DNA of 64,000 nt from Camelus ferus (lineage: Eukaryota), in NCBI RefSeq assembly GCF_009834535.1, contig NC_045697.1, forward strand, positions 20,338,001 to 20,402,000, given 5' to 3'. The notes below the pieces were generated by a model. It was not told the origin of the DNA. It worked only from the letters and a program-made list of their open reading frames with translations, and did not search any database. Within the stretch, counting starts at the first letter, position 1, and the number at the start of each line of letters is the position of its first letter. The position numbers were made by a program, and so were the translations under genes. Shown here piece by piece: positions 26,916-40,262 of the stretch.

Positions 26916-28909
26916 ATTCTGTTATTAGTTGATAAAATAACCCAGACATTTAGAACAGTGCAAAGATGAGTCTTCATTTAAAATTTAAAATCTCCTCAAA
27001 CTTGTGTTTTCTGTATTGTAAATATAAAAAAAAAATTTTGTTTATTGGGGATTGGGAAAGCATCATGGTGCCTGAATCAACTCTTTGGTGTCTCTCCTGG
27101 TGGAAAAACAGGTGGTACCAAGGAGAGACATGTGTGAGTAAGAGAGTATATATTTATGGAACATGCTGGAGATTAAAAATAATTATTATTTTTAGAAATT
27201 ATATGGAATCACAGGGTCAAACTTAAGCAAATGGTGGTTGTCTTAAAGTAAAATTTGTTGAACAAGACAAGAAGGTAGAAAAAGAAAAAGATAATTTTAA
27301 CATATACCAATTATTTTCACCTTGTGAAAGTCTAAATAAATTCAATTCTTTGGAAAAAAATTTGTTTTTCTTTGTAACTCAGTGCAGCACTTCCCTAAAT
27401 CAGCAATATTTTGTTCTGAGTATAGTGTTATGAATATATTTTGAATGCACTGTTTAAACATGTGGATTTTGCTGATTTTACATTGGAAATAGGGCACAGC
27501 TCACGCGAAGTATTAATTGATTTATAGCTGGCTCAGTTGACTGTGATTTCATGGAGCGCAAATGTACTTACAGTAAGTGTTATGACCTCCCAGGGGAGAG
27601 TCCATGATATTGAGCAAAACAGCTACTGGAGAAATATTAACCAATTTCTGCCTAGCTTCTAATGTGTCTGAAGAGAGCTTTTGTTTTGTAGACAATCTTG
27701 CTGCTTTCGCTATCATGTAGGATTTTAGCCAGGCTTAGAGTAGTTTCCCATTAAGGGGGTTGGGAGTGGGGGAAGATGAATAAATGGGACTGTAAAATAT
27801 TAAGATATGAGCAGAGAATAGGAAGGAAAAGAGGCAGGCAGCCAACCAAATCTCATTTATACACCATATTAGTCTGCGCTTCCCCTGTGTGCTTGACTAC
27901 CAAATGCCTTTACTCTCTTTCTTCTCCATTCACTATCCCTCAGCTGGCTGGGCTGAAAAGATAAGGACCCGTTTCCTTAGGGGAATGAGTTCTTGTAACA
28001 GTTAATCGACCCGCTAAGGGCTGAAGCACCCAAGGTAAGGTGCCCCAGTAGATCTGGAAAGGACAACCTGCCTCCCAGGAAGCATGACTTCCCAGAAACA
28101 TTTGGAAGTTTATTGATTTCAAGAGAATTGAAATCTCGGATGTACGTGCTGTTTTCTCAGAGGTGTTTATCAGAGCACTATGACCTTTCTGGCTCTGTGT
28201 CTCCACTTTGGGTAACAAGAGAGAGTCATTGTCACCACTTAAATATTAGACTGGGACAACGAATATCACAGAGGGGTTTTTTAAAATATGAAATACATCT
28301 TTCTTATGGAAATGTTCTCATTATTAATAGTGACACAATTATGCTGATAATTATCTTTTATCCCATTTCCTCTCTAGCTTTCATGGTCCCAGAATGTGTC
28401 TAACTCACCTTTGTATCTCTTTAAGTCCTGAGAATGTGCCCTGCCTTTAATACAGGTTCTCAATATGAAAAGAAGATTGTTCTCTAAAATCCATGTAGCT
28501 CCTGAAATAAATCAATAGAAGGCACCAAAATATCAACTTAAAAATCTACTTAAAATCAACTTTTGAATCTTATTTTTTAATTTGTTTTTTAAACTAATGT
28601 CAAGTCCATATAATGTGTCTAACACTTGATTACTTTCACAAGCTTTCCTTAAAAAGTTAATTTTGCATTCAGTCTACCTGGAAACACTCTTGCCAGTCTC
28701 ATCATCATTTTTAAAGTGAAGAAATGAAGTACCCAACATTTGAATGTTTTTAACATTGAACAGTAGAATTCAGACCCAGCAAACTGGAGCCTAAGATTAG
28801 AGTTTTTGTCCTGTGATACCATGCCTAGATTATTTTTTTCAAATATTTAATCTTAAAAGCCAGCAAACAATCATCTTAAAGAAGAATTTTGTAGTTTGTT
28901 TATTTTCAT

Positions 28910-28921
28910 TATATATACATA

Positions 28922-28957
<36 letters not shown>

Positions 28958-28977
28958 CACACATATATATATGTATA
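28910..28977. repeat. (TA)n/(CA) microsatellite
   Basis: Directly visible. Confidence 0.95.
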
Positions 28978-29834
28978 CCTTTTAAATGTCAGAGTGTGGA
29001 AAATACAAGTGATGACAGGGGATAAGGGACTTAAAATGACTTGACACCAGGTTTTACAGAATTTGGGGGGGGGGTGACATTCTAAAAGCATACCACCTAG
29101 AAGGCAGAAAACTCTAGTGCAAATTGATATAAAAATGTCAATCAGAGCATTTGTTTTCATTGTTATCTTGCACGTTTAAAATTGTCTGCCAAATTCTGAA
29201 TTAGAACAAGAAATATGTGTTTGCTCATCTCTTTGATAACTGGTTAATTGAATCAAACTTCTTGACTACCTTAACTTAGGATAAGATATGCCAAAGTTTC
29301 TTAAATAAGAATCTTTTAAGTTTATATATCATATTTTATGAATGTTAATTTAAATCTGATGAATGGTTACATTTTTAACATGCATTTTTTTAGGCATTTC
29401 TTGACACTGTAATGCTATTTTGATAAAACTTAATAAATCAAGTTATCATTTGCATGGTCTAGAGGACTATTATGAATGTATTTTAAAATTTTTTTAAAAA
29501 ACTGTCTCCTAGAAGTCAATATAACTGCAGTTAGAAGGATATGCTTTATTTTCAGAGAAAGCATGCAAGGAGAATTTTTTTTCAAACTATGGTTCAGTGT
29601 GTCCATTGAGTTGATCTTGACACAGATTCTCCAATCTCTGCCTCCTTGGTTGTCTCTTTAATAGGCAATGGGATGGATGGAATACTTTAAGATAGAATAG
29701 GTAGGATAGGATAGGTAGAATATGATAGAATAGATTGGCCTGGAATAAAATATAATAAAATATAGTAGAGGTTATTGTAGATAATGAAGGTTAATGTTAT
29801 TTTGTGAAATGTTCATATAAAATTATGTATTCAT

Positions 29835-30280
29835 ATCTTATCCAGCAGAAGGAATTCTCCAGGAAGTAGAATCTGTGACAAAGTTTAGTGTAAGGAGAAG
29901 GTTTATAAGTGAATGCCCGTGGGGAGTGTGTGAGAGGCACCTGGCAAAGGAAGAAGTATATTGGGCAAATGGAGAGGTCAAGATGCCATGCAATCTCCAT
30001 GGAAACCTAGGCTGACCTTGCACAGAGTGATGAAGACACGAAGTCCCTTCAGAACTATACTGAGTAGGGGATAGGGGATTGTGTCCTTATCCCCTTCCCC
30101 ACATGTTCATCAGTCATTGGATGCAAGCTGCTCAAGGAATCTTGGGTGAAGTGGTCCTTTTAAGCTGAGATAATTCGCAAAGAGGATTCCTAATATTTGA
30201 AGATTGTTGGCCAGCAGCATACCCAGTAGGCTTTTTATTCATGGAGGGAGATCTTAGCGGAGTATCACAGCATCCATCAA
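29835..30280 (-). mobile_element. ERVL solo LTR (LTR16-like)
   Basis: ttctccaggaagtagaatctgtgacaaagtttagtgtaaggag...catcagtcattggatgcaagctgc resembles the LTR16 family reversed. Confidence 0.55.
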
Positions 30281-30322
30281 ATCTTGTAACAGTTCTAAAA
30301 TGCTCACCTTTTGGATTAAGAC

Positions 30323-30768
30323 AGATAGTAATTTAGTAGTGTTCCTCTCAAATTCGTGAGCACCTGTAGCCTCAGAATATGATCTTATTTAGTAAGAGGA
30401 TCTTTGCAGATGTAATAAAGATAAGGATTGGGATAAAATAATACTGGCATAGTGTGGGCTCTAAATCCAATGAGAATATAAGAGACAGAAAAGGACACAC
30501 AGAGACACATGGAAGGAGGCCAAATGATGCTGCAGGCAGAAATTAGAAAGAATTATGTAGCCACAAGACAAGGAAATGCCTGCAGACACCAGAAGCTGCA
30601 AGAGGTAAGGACGATTTCTTATTCACAAACTCTAGAGGGATTGCAACCCTTCTGAAAACTTGATTTTGGACTTCTGGCCTCTAGACTTTTGAAAGAATAA
30701 ATTTTTGTTGTTTTAAGCCACCAAGTTTGTAGTAATTTGATACGGCAGCCTTAGGAAATTAACAAACA
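30323..30768 (+). mobile_element. MLT1 (B/C-like) MaLR solo LTR
   Basis: cctcagaatatgatcttatttagtaagaggatctttgcagatgtaat...ataaatttttgttgttttaagccaccaagtttgtagtaatttgatacggcagccttaggaaattaac. Confidence 0.85.
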
Positions 30769-32739
30769 CATTTCTACCATTTTTAGGTTTCTCTGTCCCT
30801 AACCCTAACCAATTATCCCTAACTCTAAAACCAACATTTTCATGTAAACTGTTGAATCTGATCATAGAAAGTAAAATGAGTTTGTTTCTCACTACTAAAC
30901 TTATTTGAGTATATAAAGGAATCTTATATCATTTACATATTTTAATTTTTTAAGTATTTTTAGCAAGAAAATATAATCTAGCTGGCAGTTGGAAATTAAT
31001 ATTTCGGCTCTTGATCTTGAGGCAAATGAATTAAGTTTTGCACAAAGAAAACTATTGAATACAAATCCTTGGCATAAACAAACTTCCATTTTCATACCAT
31101 TAATGCTCAACAACAAAAACAATAGCATAATAAATTACTTCTAGAGGGTTTTGCATATACCGCTACTTAAATGTTTGTTGAAGGAAAGAAGGGAGGGATG
31201 AAGGAAGAAAAGGAAGAAAAAAGGAAAGACGGATAAAAGCTAAAAAGAAAGAAAAGATGTATTTTATAATCTGTAAAAGTACCTAGTGCATCTCCCATTA
31301 TAGGAAAAGTCTGCTGAGAGCTGGGCATAGAAAAGATACAAAAATAAAACTTACGGCAAGATTTTGCAGACACCTTTTCTTGATGCTTTACCTTTTTAAT
31401 TCTTTTTATCTCGCTAGTGGGTCACAAGGAGATTTCAGGGAAGGTAATCGATCTTTTTGTTGTTGTTTCGATTGACAATGCCCATGGGAGGAAAAGATTT
31501 CTGAAAGAGAAAAACATATATATAATTCAGATTGAGGTTGAAATGTATAATAATAACAATAATAATAATAATATATTTGTACTGCAGTTCATAATACCCT
31601 TAGTGCCTTTATAGGCATATACTCATGAAATAACCTATGTAAAAGTTTAGCACAATCCATGTGCTCAGGTGGCACCTGCTCAATCTCCTTTATTGCCTCT
31701 TTCATGTCAATTCATTTCCTATTTTTGGAAGATGCTTGGGTGTGATTTTCTGCCTCGACACTGTATTTCACTGAACTAACTCATATGGCTTAAACATGAC
31801 TGAAGTCACAGCAAGTAGAGCTCTATAACTAACACAGATTTTTGTTTGCACGTAGGAAATGTGCTCCCCTGGGACAAAATCACAGATGCACAAATGCTCG
31901 GAGCCCTCCGACTTCTCCCAGGAGGGCTGGCTTGCACTTCCAGGAGGCATTTCTCAGGGTGGAGGGAGGGCTTTTAAAAAGATGTGCTTAACCTCTGCTG
32001 TTGCTCAGAGTGCGGCTTTAAGCACCAGCTTTTCTCTGCCTACTGTAGACGCTCCTTGGCTCACCACTGCCCAGTGAGCAATATTCCTATTTACCAAAGA
32101 AGGTAATAGTGTAAATCAAATGATTGTTGTAACTGTCTGGATGGACTATTGTCTCATGCTAGGCCACTGGAAATCCATATTACCTGCCAGATAACACCCA
32201 AGTAACTCAGATAATCCTTTTTTTTTCCCCTGAGTTGAAACCCTTGTCTTAACTCCTCGCTCTAAAGCTATGCTGACATAATAAAGAGTACTTGATATAA
32301 GCACTTCTCCTCGCTCTTGTGTGAGGGGAGGCAACATGCAGGCTATGAATACTGGTAATATTAATGTGGTTTTGCACAAAAAACAGGATGTATAAGCCAC
32401 CAAATGCCTGTAGGAACTAGAGGAAGGTTGTTGGGTTTTGTGGGTTAAACCAAAAGTGTTACTGGAATACCACGAATCCAGCACCGTGATTTCCAGTGGG
32501 AATAACAGACAGGCCAGTCTGCCCTCACCAAATGGCTCAGAGGCCTAGAACATTCATCTGAAGCTGTTCCTAAAACACTTCACTGAGACCAGGAATCTTT
32601 TCGGTTGACTGAGATGCTTTCCTCTACAAAGCAGAATAAATACAGCTGCCGGTCCACTAGTCCATTGGGTCATCTGTGGTGATATATTTCTGCCTTCTAC
32701 AATGGAAGCTGTGGGCTCCTCTTCAGAAAGCCACTGTAA

Positions 32740-32870
32740 TTCTACTAGAATAGCATCTCCACGAGAGCAGATGAGTGGTCTGTTTTGTTTACTGCTGCAT
32801 TCCCAGGGTTTACAACAGCACCTGGCATATGAGAGGAGGTTAATACATGTGTGTTAGATGAATAATTTCT
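32740..32870 (+). mobile_element. L2 3' end
   Basis: ctagaatagcatctccacgagagcag...tgttttgtttactgctgcattcccagg...cctggcata...gatgaata. Confidence 0.6.
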
Positions 32871-33214
32871 GTCAGGTCTAAAGTGTCCTTATCCAAAATC
32901 TGTTATGAATTTTGAGTAATCGATACTTATCCTAAAATACATACTTGACTCACCCTTTAGAACAGACTATAAAATATTCACAATGCAATCTGAATAAAGA
33001 AGATGTGATAATTGAATTATTTTATCCATGATTCAAATGGTAGGTGTTTTCTCCATATTTCTTATTTGCTGAGCACTGTGCACGCTGCTGACAGCTGCAA
33101 TAGAAATATTAAACTTGGTCCCTGCAGTATGTAACTTATATTTCAATTGCAAATATAGGGATGAAACTTGAAAAGTATTGGGATAAATAAAGACTATTTT
33201 TTAATAAGTGCCTA

Positions 33215-33545
33215 ATGTAAGGCATAGATTAGTATGGCTGATCTGAGAAAAAGCCATTTGGGTTTTTCTCTCAAGGAAGGACTTGTCCCAGCTACTGGGA
33301 ATGTGGTCAGCAGACAGCCTCCAGCTGCTGGTCCTTTAGTTTGCCTAAGGGTTTGTCTCAACTGCAGAGAGACTGCTCACTGGGGGGTTCTCTGTTGCTT
33401 TGGCCACTCATGTCTGGTGACAGCGTGAGTCAAGCACAGAAATATTTGGCATTTTGGCCCAACAGTGGCCAGTGCTCACTCCACATTCTCCCCAGAGGTT
33501 GGCCAAGGCTTTACTGGGCCTGCACAGCAATTCAATTTCTTCACA
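33215..33545 (+). mobile_element. ERVL solo LTR (LTR16-like)
   Basis: cccagctactgggaatgtggtcagcagacagcctccagctg resembles the LTR16 5' part. Confidence 0.55.
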
Positions 33546-33699
33546 TAAACTGTGACCTTCAGAATAGCTAGAGGATAAAAAGATAACAGATTGAAAAAAG
33601 ATAAAAGATAAAAGAAGATAAAAAGAAAAAAATTGGTAGTATGAAAAGCCAATGGACTTGGCAACGAGAGCATTGATGGGGAAGCGGTATTAAGAAAAT

Positions 33700-33940
33700 A
33701 ATGGTTAAAGCTATGCATTGAGCAAACTCTGTGCCTTGCCCTGTGCTAAATGGTTTACACAGTTTATACATATTATTTCATGTAATATCTGAAGCAACAC
33801 AATTAGTTAGGCATTAACAGCCATGTTTTATGGATTAGGAAAGTTATGCACAGAGAAGACAAATAATTTTCCTATGTCAGTGAGTGGCAGAGTTGTTTTT
33901 TAAACCTGGTTTGATGAACTCAGACAATTCTTTTAACTAG
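33700..33940 (-). mobile_element. MIR SINE
   Basis: cattgagcaaactctgtgcc...ccctgtgctaaatggtttaca...gagtggcagag...aaacctgg. Confidence 0.6.
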
Positions 33941-34323
33941 TTTTAAGTTCAATTTGGAAGCAGTAACCAGATCATTTAAAGGGTAACAGTTATTAATAGG
34001 CTGTCTAGAAAAGGGGTTTAATAAAAGCCTTGGATGTGGGCTTCTCACTTTTCATACCCTCGCCTCTCACATCCTTATAACATAGGGGCTTGTAACTGGG
34101 TTAGCATCTTCCTCTGGATACTTTCTTTCTACTTCTAGACCTAGACTATTTCTTGCAAAAAACCTTTTGACAATTACATCTCCTAATGATACCAATTCTA
34201 TCCCATCCTCACAACTTTTGCTTCCTTATACACTTTGGCACCTGGATCATAGGTTAACTTCAACCCTTTGCTTTAATGATTGGCAACATTAAGATTTGCA
34301 CAAAGGGACCATTTGAAAGTGTG

Positions 34324-34679
34324 TATGGAATCTAAAAATAAAAGACAAATGAACTTATTTGCAAAACAGAAACAGACTCACAGCCATAGAAAACAAACTT
34401 ATGGTTATGGGGTTGGGAAGGGGAAGTGGGTGGGAATGGATAAATTGGGAGTTTGAGATTTACAGTTACTAACTACTATATATAAAATAGATAAACAACA
34501 AGTTTATACTATATAGCACAGGGAACTACATTCAATATCTTGTAGTAACCTATGGTGAAAAAGAACATGAAAATGAATATATGTATGTATACGTATGACT
34601 GAATTACTATGCTGTACACCAGAAATTGACACAACATTGTAAACTGACTATACTTCAATTTGAAAAAATCAAAAAAAAA
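34324..34679 (+). mobile_element. 5'-truncated L1 (3' UTR only)
   Basis: tatggaatctaaaaa...aaattgacacaacattgtaaactgactatacttcaat plus A tail; TSD tgaaagtgtg at 34314-34323 and 34680-34689. Confidence 0.95.
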
Positions 34680-36599
34680 TGAAAGTGTGGGTTTCCTTAA
34701 CCTTGTATCTTCAACCACTTTCTGCTCTTTTCTACGTAAACAATCTATTCTTAGGATAACATACTAAACTATCTCATGGTCCAGAGGTGTGACATCTTTC
34801 ATATCTCAAATTTTGATATTTCTCTGATTGATTCTTAATAACTACTCGTTCAAAATCCCCACTTCTTCCACTGAGGTTGGTGTTTGGCTGAATATTGCCA
34901 AAACAGCACTTTACTTTCCTGCCTTCACTATTATAGAATTCCATTTGACTTCATTTTCCTTCCAATTTAACAAAGAAACTTGGCTTAATCATTTCAATGA
35001 TATTCTTATTAACATCCTTTATTATTATATTTTTAATGCCGGTATTTCTTATATGCAGTCTCTAAATTGCCAGTGCTGTGTCAACCAACTATACTTATTT
35101 TCTGTGGTACAAGGAAGAGGCCAGTCTGAAAACAACCCTCACTCGAGGTTTACCAGAACAGCGAGATATCCGGACTCTTTCTCCAAGTAAAAGAGATGCT
35201 CTCAAGCTAGATTTTGCACAGAGTCAATATTTGTCTCCTCCTCCAGATGACAGGACCACAACTTTCCATGGGCCCTGGTCTCTACGTGCTAGATGCTTAG
35301 CATTCTCAGATAATTTCTAGAAGTAGCTGCTCCCAAACCCAGATGGCTTTTCACCACAATGGTTATTTTATTTCCAAGGATCTACAAATAGAAAAAGAAA
35401 TAGCATATGGGTGTTATGTGATATTTCTAATATCTATAGTTATTCTTATTATTTTGAAAGTAGACCCAAGGCTTCTGGGGCAGGGAGGGAGAGATTATAA
35501 TTATTACAGCAATAACCACATTGATTCCTCTTTGGCTCAATTCTTTTCTCTTTCAGAGCAATGTGATGAGAGTCAGTGTCACCCTGCATGTCTTGGGGTC
35601 TGTATGGCAGAAGAGAGAGCCTGAAAATATGAATCTGGCACATTTATTACACCTTGCCTCCTTTACCTCTTGAAAGAAGGAGAGAACTTTAATCTCTCTA
35701 ATGTAAACAAATTCTCCTGGGGAAGAAAACGATAAAGACCTGGGTTCTTGACTTCTGGAATGGAAATCAATGTTTGCAAGGGAAAATATGACAAATTTGC
35801 AGGTTTACAACCCCTGAAATTTCTCCATGGCTTCTGAGGCGAGATAAGTTTTACTATCATTTGAACAGGAGTAGATGGCTCGAGATCTAACATGCTTAAA
35901 AAGATGAAGAACTCATAGGTCTAGGGTAAAGGAGACATCCTCTAACATACCAATTTACTTAACTCAAGAAGCCAAAATGTAGAAAAATGTTTTTAAAAAA
36001 TCTCTAAATTTCTGAAATATTCAGTAACATAACTACATTCTTAGGGTCCAAATACACCTGGTCCCACTCACACAAGGAAAGAGCAGCAGACTCATAATCT
36101 CTCTTGCTAATTTTAAACTTTTGAGACTCTCTAATGAAATCTGTTTCATATCCCATTCCACGTGATACAATGGAAGTTATCCAGAGCTTAGTTCCCTAAA
36201 TGTGGCCACTATGAAGAATCAATCTTGCACACATTCTTTTCTGGATTTCCTACCCCTGCATTATCTGGTATTTTTCACTAGCTAGTCTCTCAACATTGCT
36301 CAGCAAGAATTTTGCTCAGGTTCAAACAACTGCATTCCTGATTCCCTAATAAAGCCTGTTTTGTAAGCTCAAAAATCCTCTAAATTTCAGCAGTAGTTTA
36401 GGCTTAACAAAGTCCTTCCCTTTTTTATCACACACACACACACACACACAATTATCAATACTCTTACCTCTCCATCCCTTCATCATTACTCAGATCCAAT
36501 ACTAACCTTTCCACTATCCCCTTGATCCTAACTCCATCTACCAGATCCAGAAGCATCACAATAAAGATCATGTTTTCTTGCTCTAAAAAAGTTGCATTT

Positions 36600-36745
36600 A
36601 AATATCCTTCCTGCAATTGTGAGCTAGGTGATCTTGGTCATATAATAAATGGTTCAGTTTCCTCTATGGAAAACTGAAGGTATTAATCTTCAGTTTTCTT
36701 CCGGAGGACAGTTAAAAGAGATAATGTATGTAAAGTGCATGTCCT
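36600..36745 (+). mobile_element. MIR SINE fragment
   Basis: gagctaggtgatcttggtca...cagtttcctctatggaaaactgaag...gagataatgtatgtaaagtgc. Confidence 0.55.
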
Positions 36746-38029
36746 TCACCTACCTTAACCTCACCATAAAAAAGAAAAAGACAAGAAAAGAAAGTCCTTA
36801 TTAAGACAGTTTCCCTTAACAGATAATTTTCTGGCTCATACCACTCTCCAGTTGTGTAACTCCTTCCGTTCTGTCTTTTCTTTTCATTGCTAAGCCTCTT
36901 GAAAAGCTAGTATTTATTTGCTCACTGATCTCACTGCACTCAGAGCCTCATCTCCAACTCTTTCCTCCTTCTCCCATTGTTTTGTGCTCAGTCATGACTT
37001 TCTAATGACTGAATTCACATGAACTCTTCTCAGTTCACAACGGATTTTACCATTCTGTAGTATTTACAGGCAGAGCCTGTATTGTCTTAAAACCATGCTT
37101 TCCCAAGTTTTCCGAGAGCATATTCTCTTCTAATTCTTCGTCTACTTCACTGAGCTCTCTTTACCATCCCCTTTGGTCAGCTACTTTCCCTTGTTTATGT
37201 GTGTCTCCTGGAAGCGTTGTCTTCCTGGTTTATCCCTTGCTGCAGTCGATGTCTGTAAGCTAATCACTGACAACAAGTCTCCTCTTTCCTGGACTTGAAA
37301 ATGTCCCTCTGCACATACTTTTTGTTTGTTGGTTTGGTTTGCCCATCTGGCAAATTATTGGCTGTAACATCACTTTCAACCCTAACCAGGTAACCCCAAA
37401 TCAAATGTATAACTTTAAATGATAAAACTCTTTTATCAAAGGATTTCCTGTGTAACCCAATTGAATGAAGAAATAAACACGGGGGAAGAGAAAAAATGAG
37501 CAGCACAGAAGAAAACAAGCATAATTCTATAGTCTACCCTCTGAGTGCGCTGGATTGCTATGTGTTTGTTCATTTTGTAAAACTGCAAGAAAAAGAAGCA
37601 GTGCTCTTTATCATATTCATAATATCTTTAGCCTTTTATCTTTAAAAAGTCTTCTGAAAATGCTCTCCAAGTTCTTAAGGTGTTAAAGCAACACTCTACC
37701 ATTCACTTTAAGAGCAAAATGAGTACCTAGGAAAAGAAAAAAGAACATGTTTTTGACTTGACTTTTCCTGAAAAAAAAAATTGTCCCTAAAATGTCACAA
37801 GCACATAAATGCATATCCCTGACTCTGAAGAGGTCTTATTCATTGTTCCCCCAATTTGCATCTGTTTGACTAGTTTTATGAATTCTTAATTAAGCCTTTG
37901 TTCACAGAAAAGTAATATTTGGTGAATCTAATTATTTCTTGATTTGATATGAGTTAGAAAAAAACCTTGCCTCTGTTTTCCCTCTCCTCCTTTTCCTCAC
38001 ACCTGAGCTTCCATCTTCATATTACACAG

Positions 38030-38810
38030 TCAGTATTGCCTGAAAACTACTTCTTCTACTAAGGCTGTCTTTGCCTACATCAACGTCTGGTGCCTCACTT
38101 CCGGACACTCTGCATTTTATCCTGTGTTCTGCTCCCTGATCCTTCTGTGACCCCAGCCTTCCGGCCTCTCCAACAGCTCCCACTGAGTAGCTCACAGCTT
38201 TTCTCACTTCTCCCACACACAGCCACCTCCTGGCACAATCTTCCTTCAAGGGCTTAGAGCTGCTACTAAGAAACAGAAACTTACACAAGTGAATAAAAAC
38301 AACAACACAAACCCTATAGCTGTGCACTAGAGGATAAATCAGATGTTCCTATGCAATAACCTTTAATTTTTTAAAGATTTTTCTGAGAGTAGACTTGTAT
38401 CTTCAGCTAGGAATCAAATAAAGGGAGATACCACATCTGAGATGGCTTTGCTACTGCTCTTTTCTCTGCCTGGAATGATTTTTCCTGAGATATCTCTTTG
38501 GTTGATGCCTTCACTTCCTTCACTCAGATCTCAGCTTATCAGTGAGAGCTACTGTGAACACCTTATTTGGTGCTTCAACCTCTACCACCTGTCCCCTCTG
38601 GCATTCTGGGTTATCTTTACCTTGCTCTGTTTTTATTTATTTTGCCATGGGACTTAAAATCTGATCATATATTAGATCATCAGTTTACTATATTTTTCAT
38701 CCTTATTTTTAATTCTTCAGCTCCAGCAAGGCAGAGACTTTTGTAGAATTCCAAACACAAAGATCCTGGCAGCAGTGGACATTTAAAAAATACTCTAATA
38801 ATGAATGTAA
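38030..38810 (+). mobile_element. L2 fragments including 3' end
   Basis: ggctttgctactgctcttttctctgcctggaatg...ctccagcaaggcagagacttttg...tactctaataatgaatg. Confidence 0.5.
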
Positions 38811-38934
38811 GAGAAGGAAGGAAGGAGTAAGGAACCTAGGGAGGGAGGGAAGGATAGGAGGAAGGAAGGAATGAAGGATAGTAATTAGAAGCCAAATAAA
38901 GGATTAATTCTCTCTTTCTGCAACTTTAGTGCAT

Positions 38935-39390
38935 ATTTATTTCAGTTCAGTTCAACGAGGGTTTACTGAACACCACTATAATTTAACTATTACTGAGTGT
39001 TACAATACACAGATAAATGATAAATTCACCCTTAGTTAAAGGAGCTTGTAATGATTTGGGAATACGACCATCTTTTCATAATGCAGGGAAGTATTATAGA
39101 TGTTGGAATATTGTGTGATGGGAATGCTGTGCTAGATTTTCACTTTAAACCCATCCTCGTTGCTTCTCGATAATCCAGTGGCGAGGATGGGGGTGCTGTG
39201 TGAAGCACAACAATAGAGGCTTTGAGACCAGTCAGGAGGCTTATGCAATAGTCAGGTTAAAGAGGATGTGTGCCTGAACTACAGCAATGGTGACATCGAC
39301 AGGAAGGCAGGGATGGACCTCTGAAGTATTTGGGAGATAACATCAGAGGAACAGGATGAATGGTTAAGGATGAGAGATTTGCTGGTAGTA
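38935..39390 (-). mobile_element. L2 fragment
   Basis: ttcaacgagggtttactgaacacc...gagaccagtcaggaggcttatgcaatagtcagg...gcctgaactacagcaatgg. Confidence 0.5.
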
Positions 39391-40039
39391 AGGTGTGGAT
39401 TTCAGAATAAGCAAATTAAATTGATTCAGCATTATGACAACTATTATTTAATACAGTTACCTGACAGTAGAAGGGATACCCAATCCGGTGATCACAGCAA
39501 AGGAATCAGGAGAACATGATACTGAGAAACCCCAATTTGGGGTGTTCCTAGTGTTTCCAGCTGCTGAAAGTTAACTGATATTATCAGAGCCAGGCATTGG
39601 GAAGGAGTCAGGGGACGCATCAGCTCAAAGAGCCAACAGTTATTCAGTTTTGTTCTATATGTTTACTTATTTGATTTGCCCTAAGACAAGTTACTAATAT
39701 TTTTTTTTTTAATTTCAGAGAGTGGTAAGAAAGGAGAATATGCCAATTCAGTCCATTTTCTATGAAACCAAAGATTTAGAAAATAAGTTGAGAAAAATGC
39801 ATGAAAAGTGTTGCACTTACTTAAAACAAGAATGCCATGGAAAGGTCCGACATATTAATACATGATTTAACAAGTATCTGTTAGTGTCATAGCGCATAAT
39901 TCATCACTCCATGTGGATGGGCACATTATCTTGTTTGTCCCTCTGACTCTAGGATCTAGCCCAGGTCTTGGCAGTATTGGATCTCAATAAATCTTCTTTT
40001 GATAGCTGAACAAATGAATGAAAAGAAAGATTATTAACA

Positions 40040-40262
40040 ACATGGGCTTTGGAACCAGAGAGAAATGTTTTATCTCCTAGAACTGCCACCTTGAGAGAGC
40101 TACTTTATTTTCTGAATTCAGTGTCCTCATATGTAAAATAGAAATAATAATAACTCTACCTCATAGGGCTGCTGACATTTAAAAATAATAATAATTATTT
40201 AAAACACTTAGCATAGTGACCAGCATGTAGTGTGTGTTCAATAAGTGTTAATAATTACTATA
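40040..40262 (+). mobile_element. MIR SINE
   Basis: atgggctttggaaccaga...cagtgtcctcatatgtaaaatagaaataataat...acctcatagggctg...aacacttagcatagtgaccagcatgtag...caataagtgtta. Confidence 0.75.
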
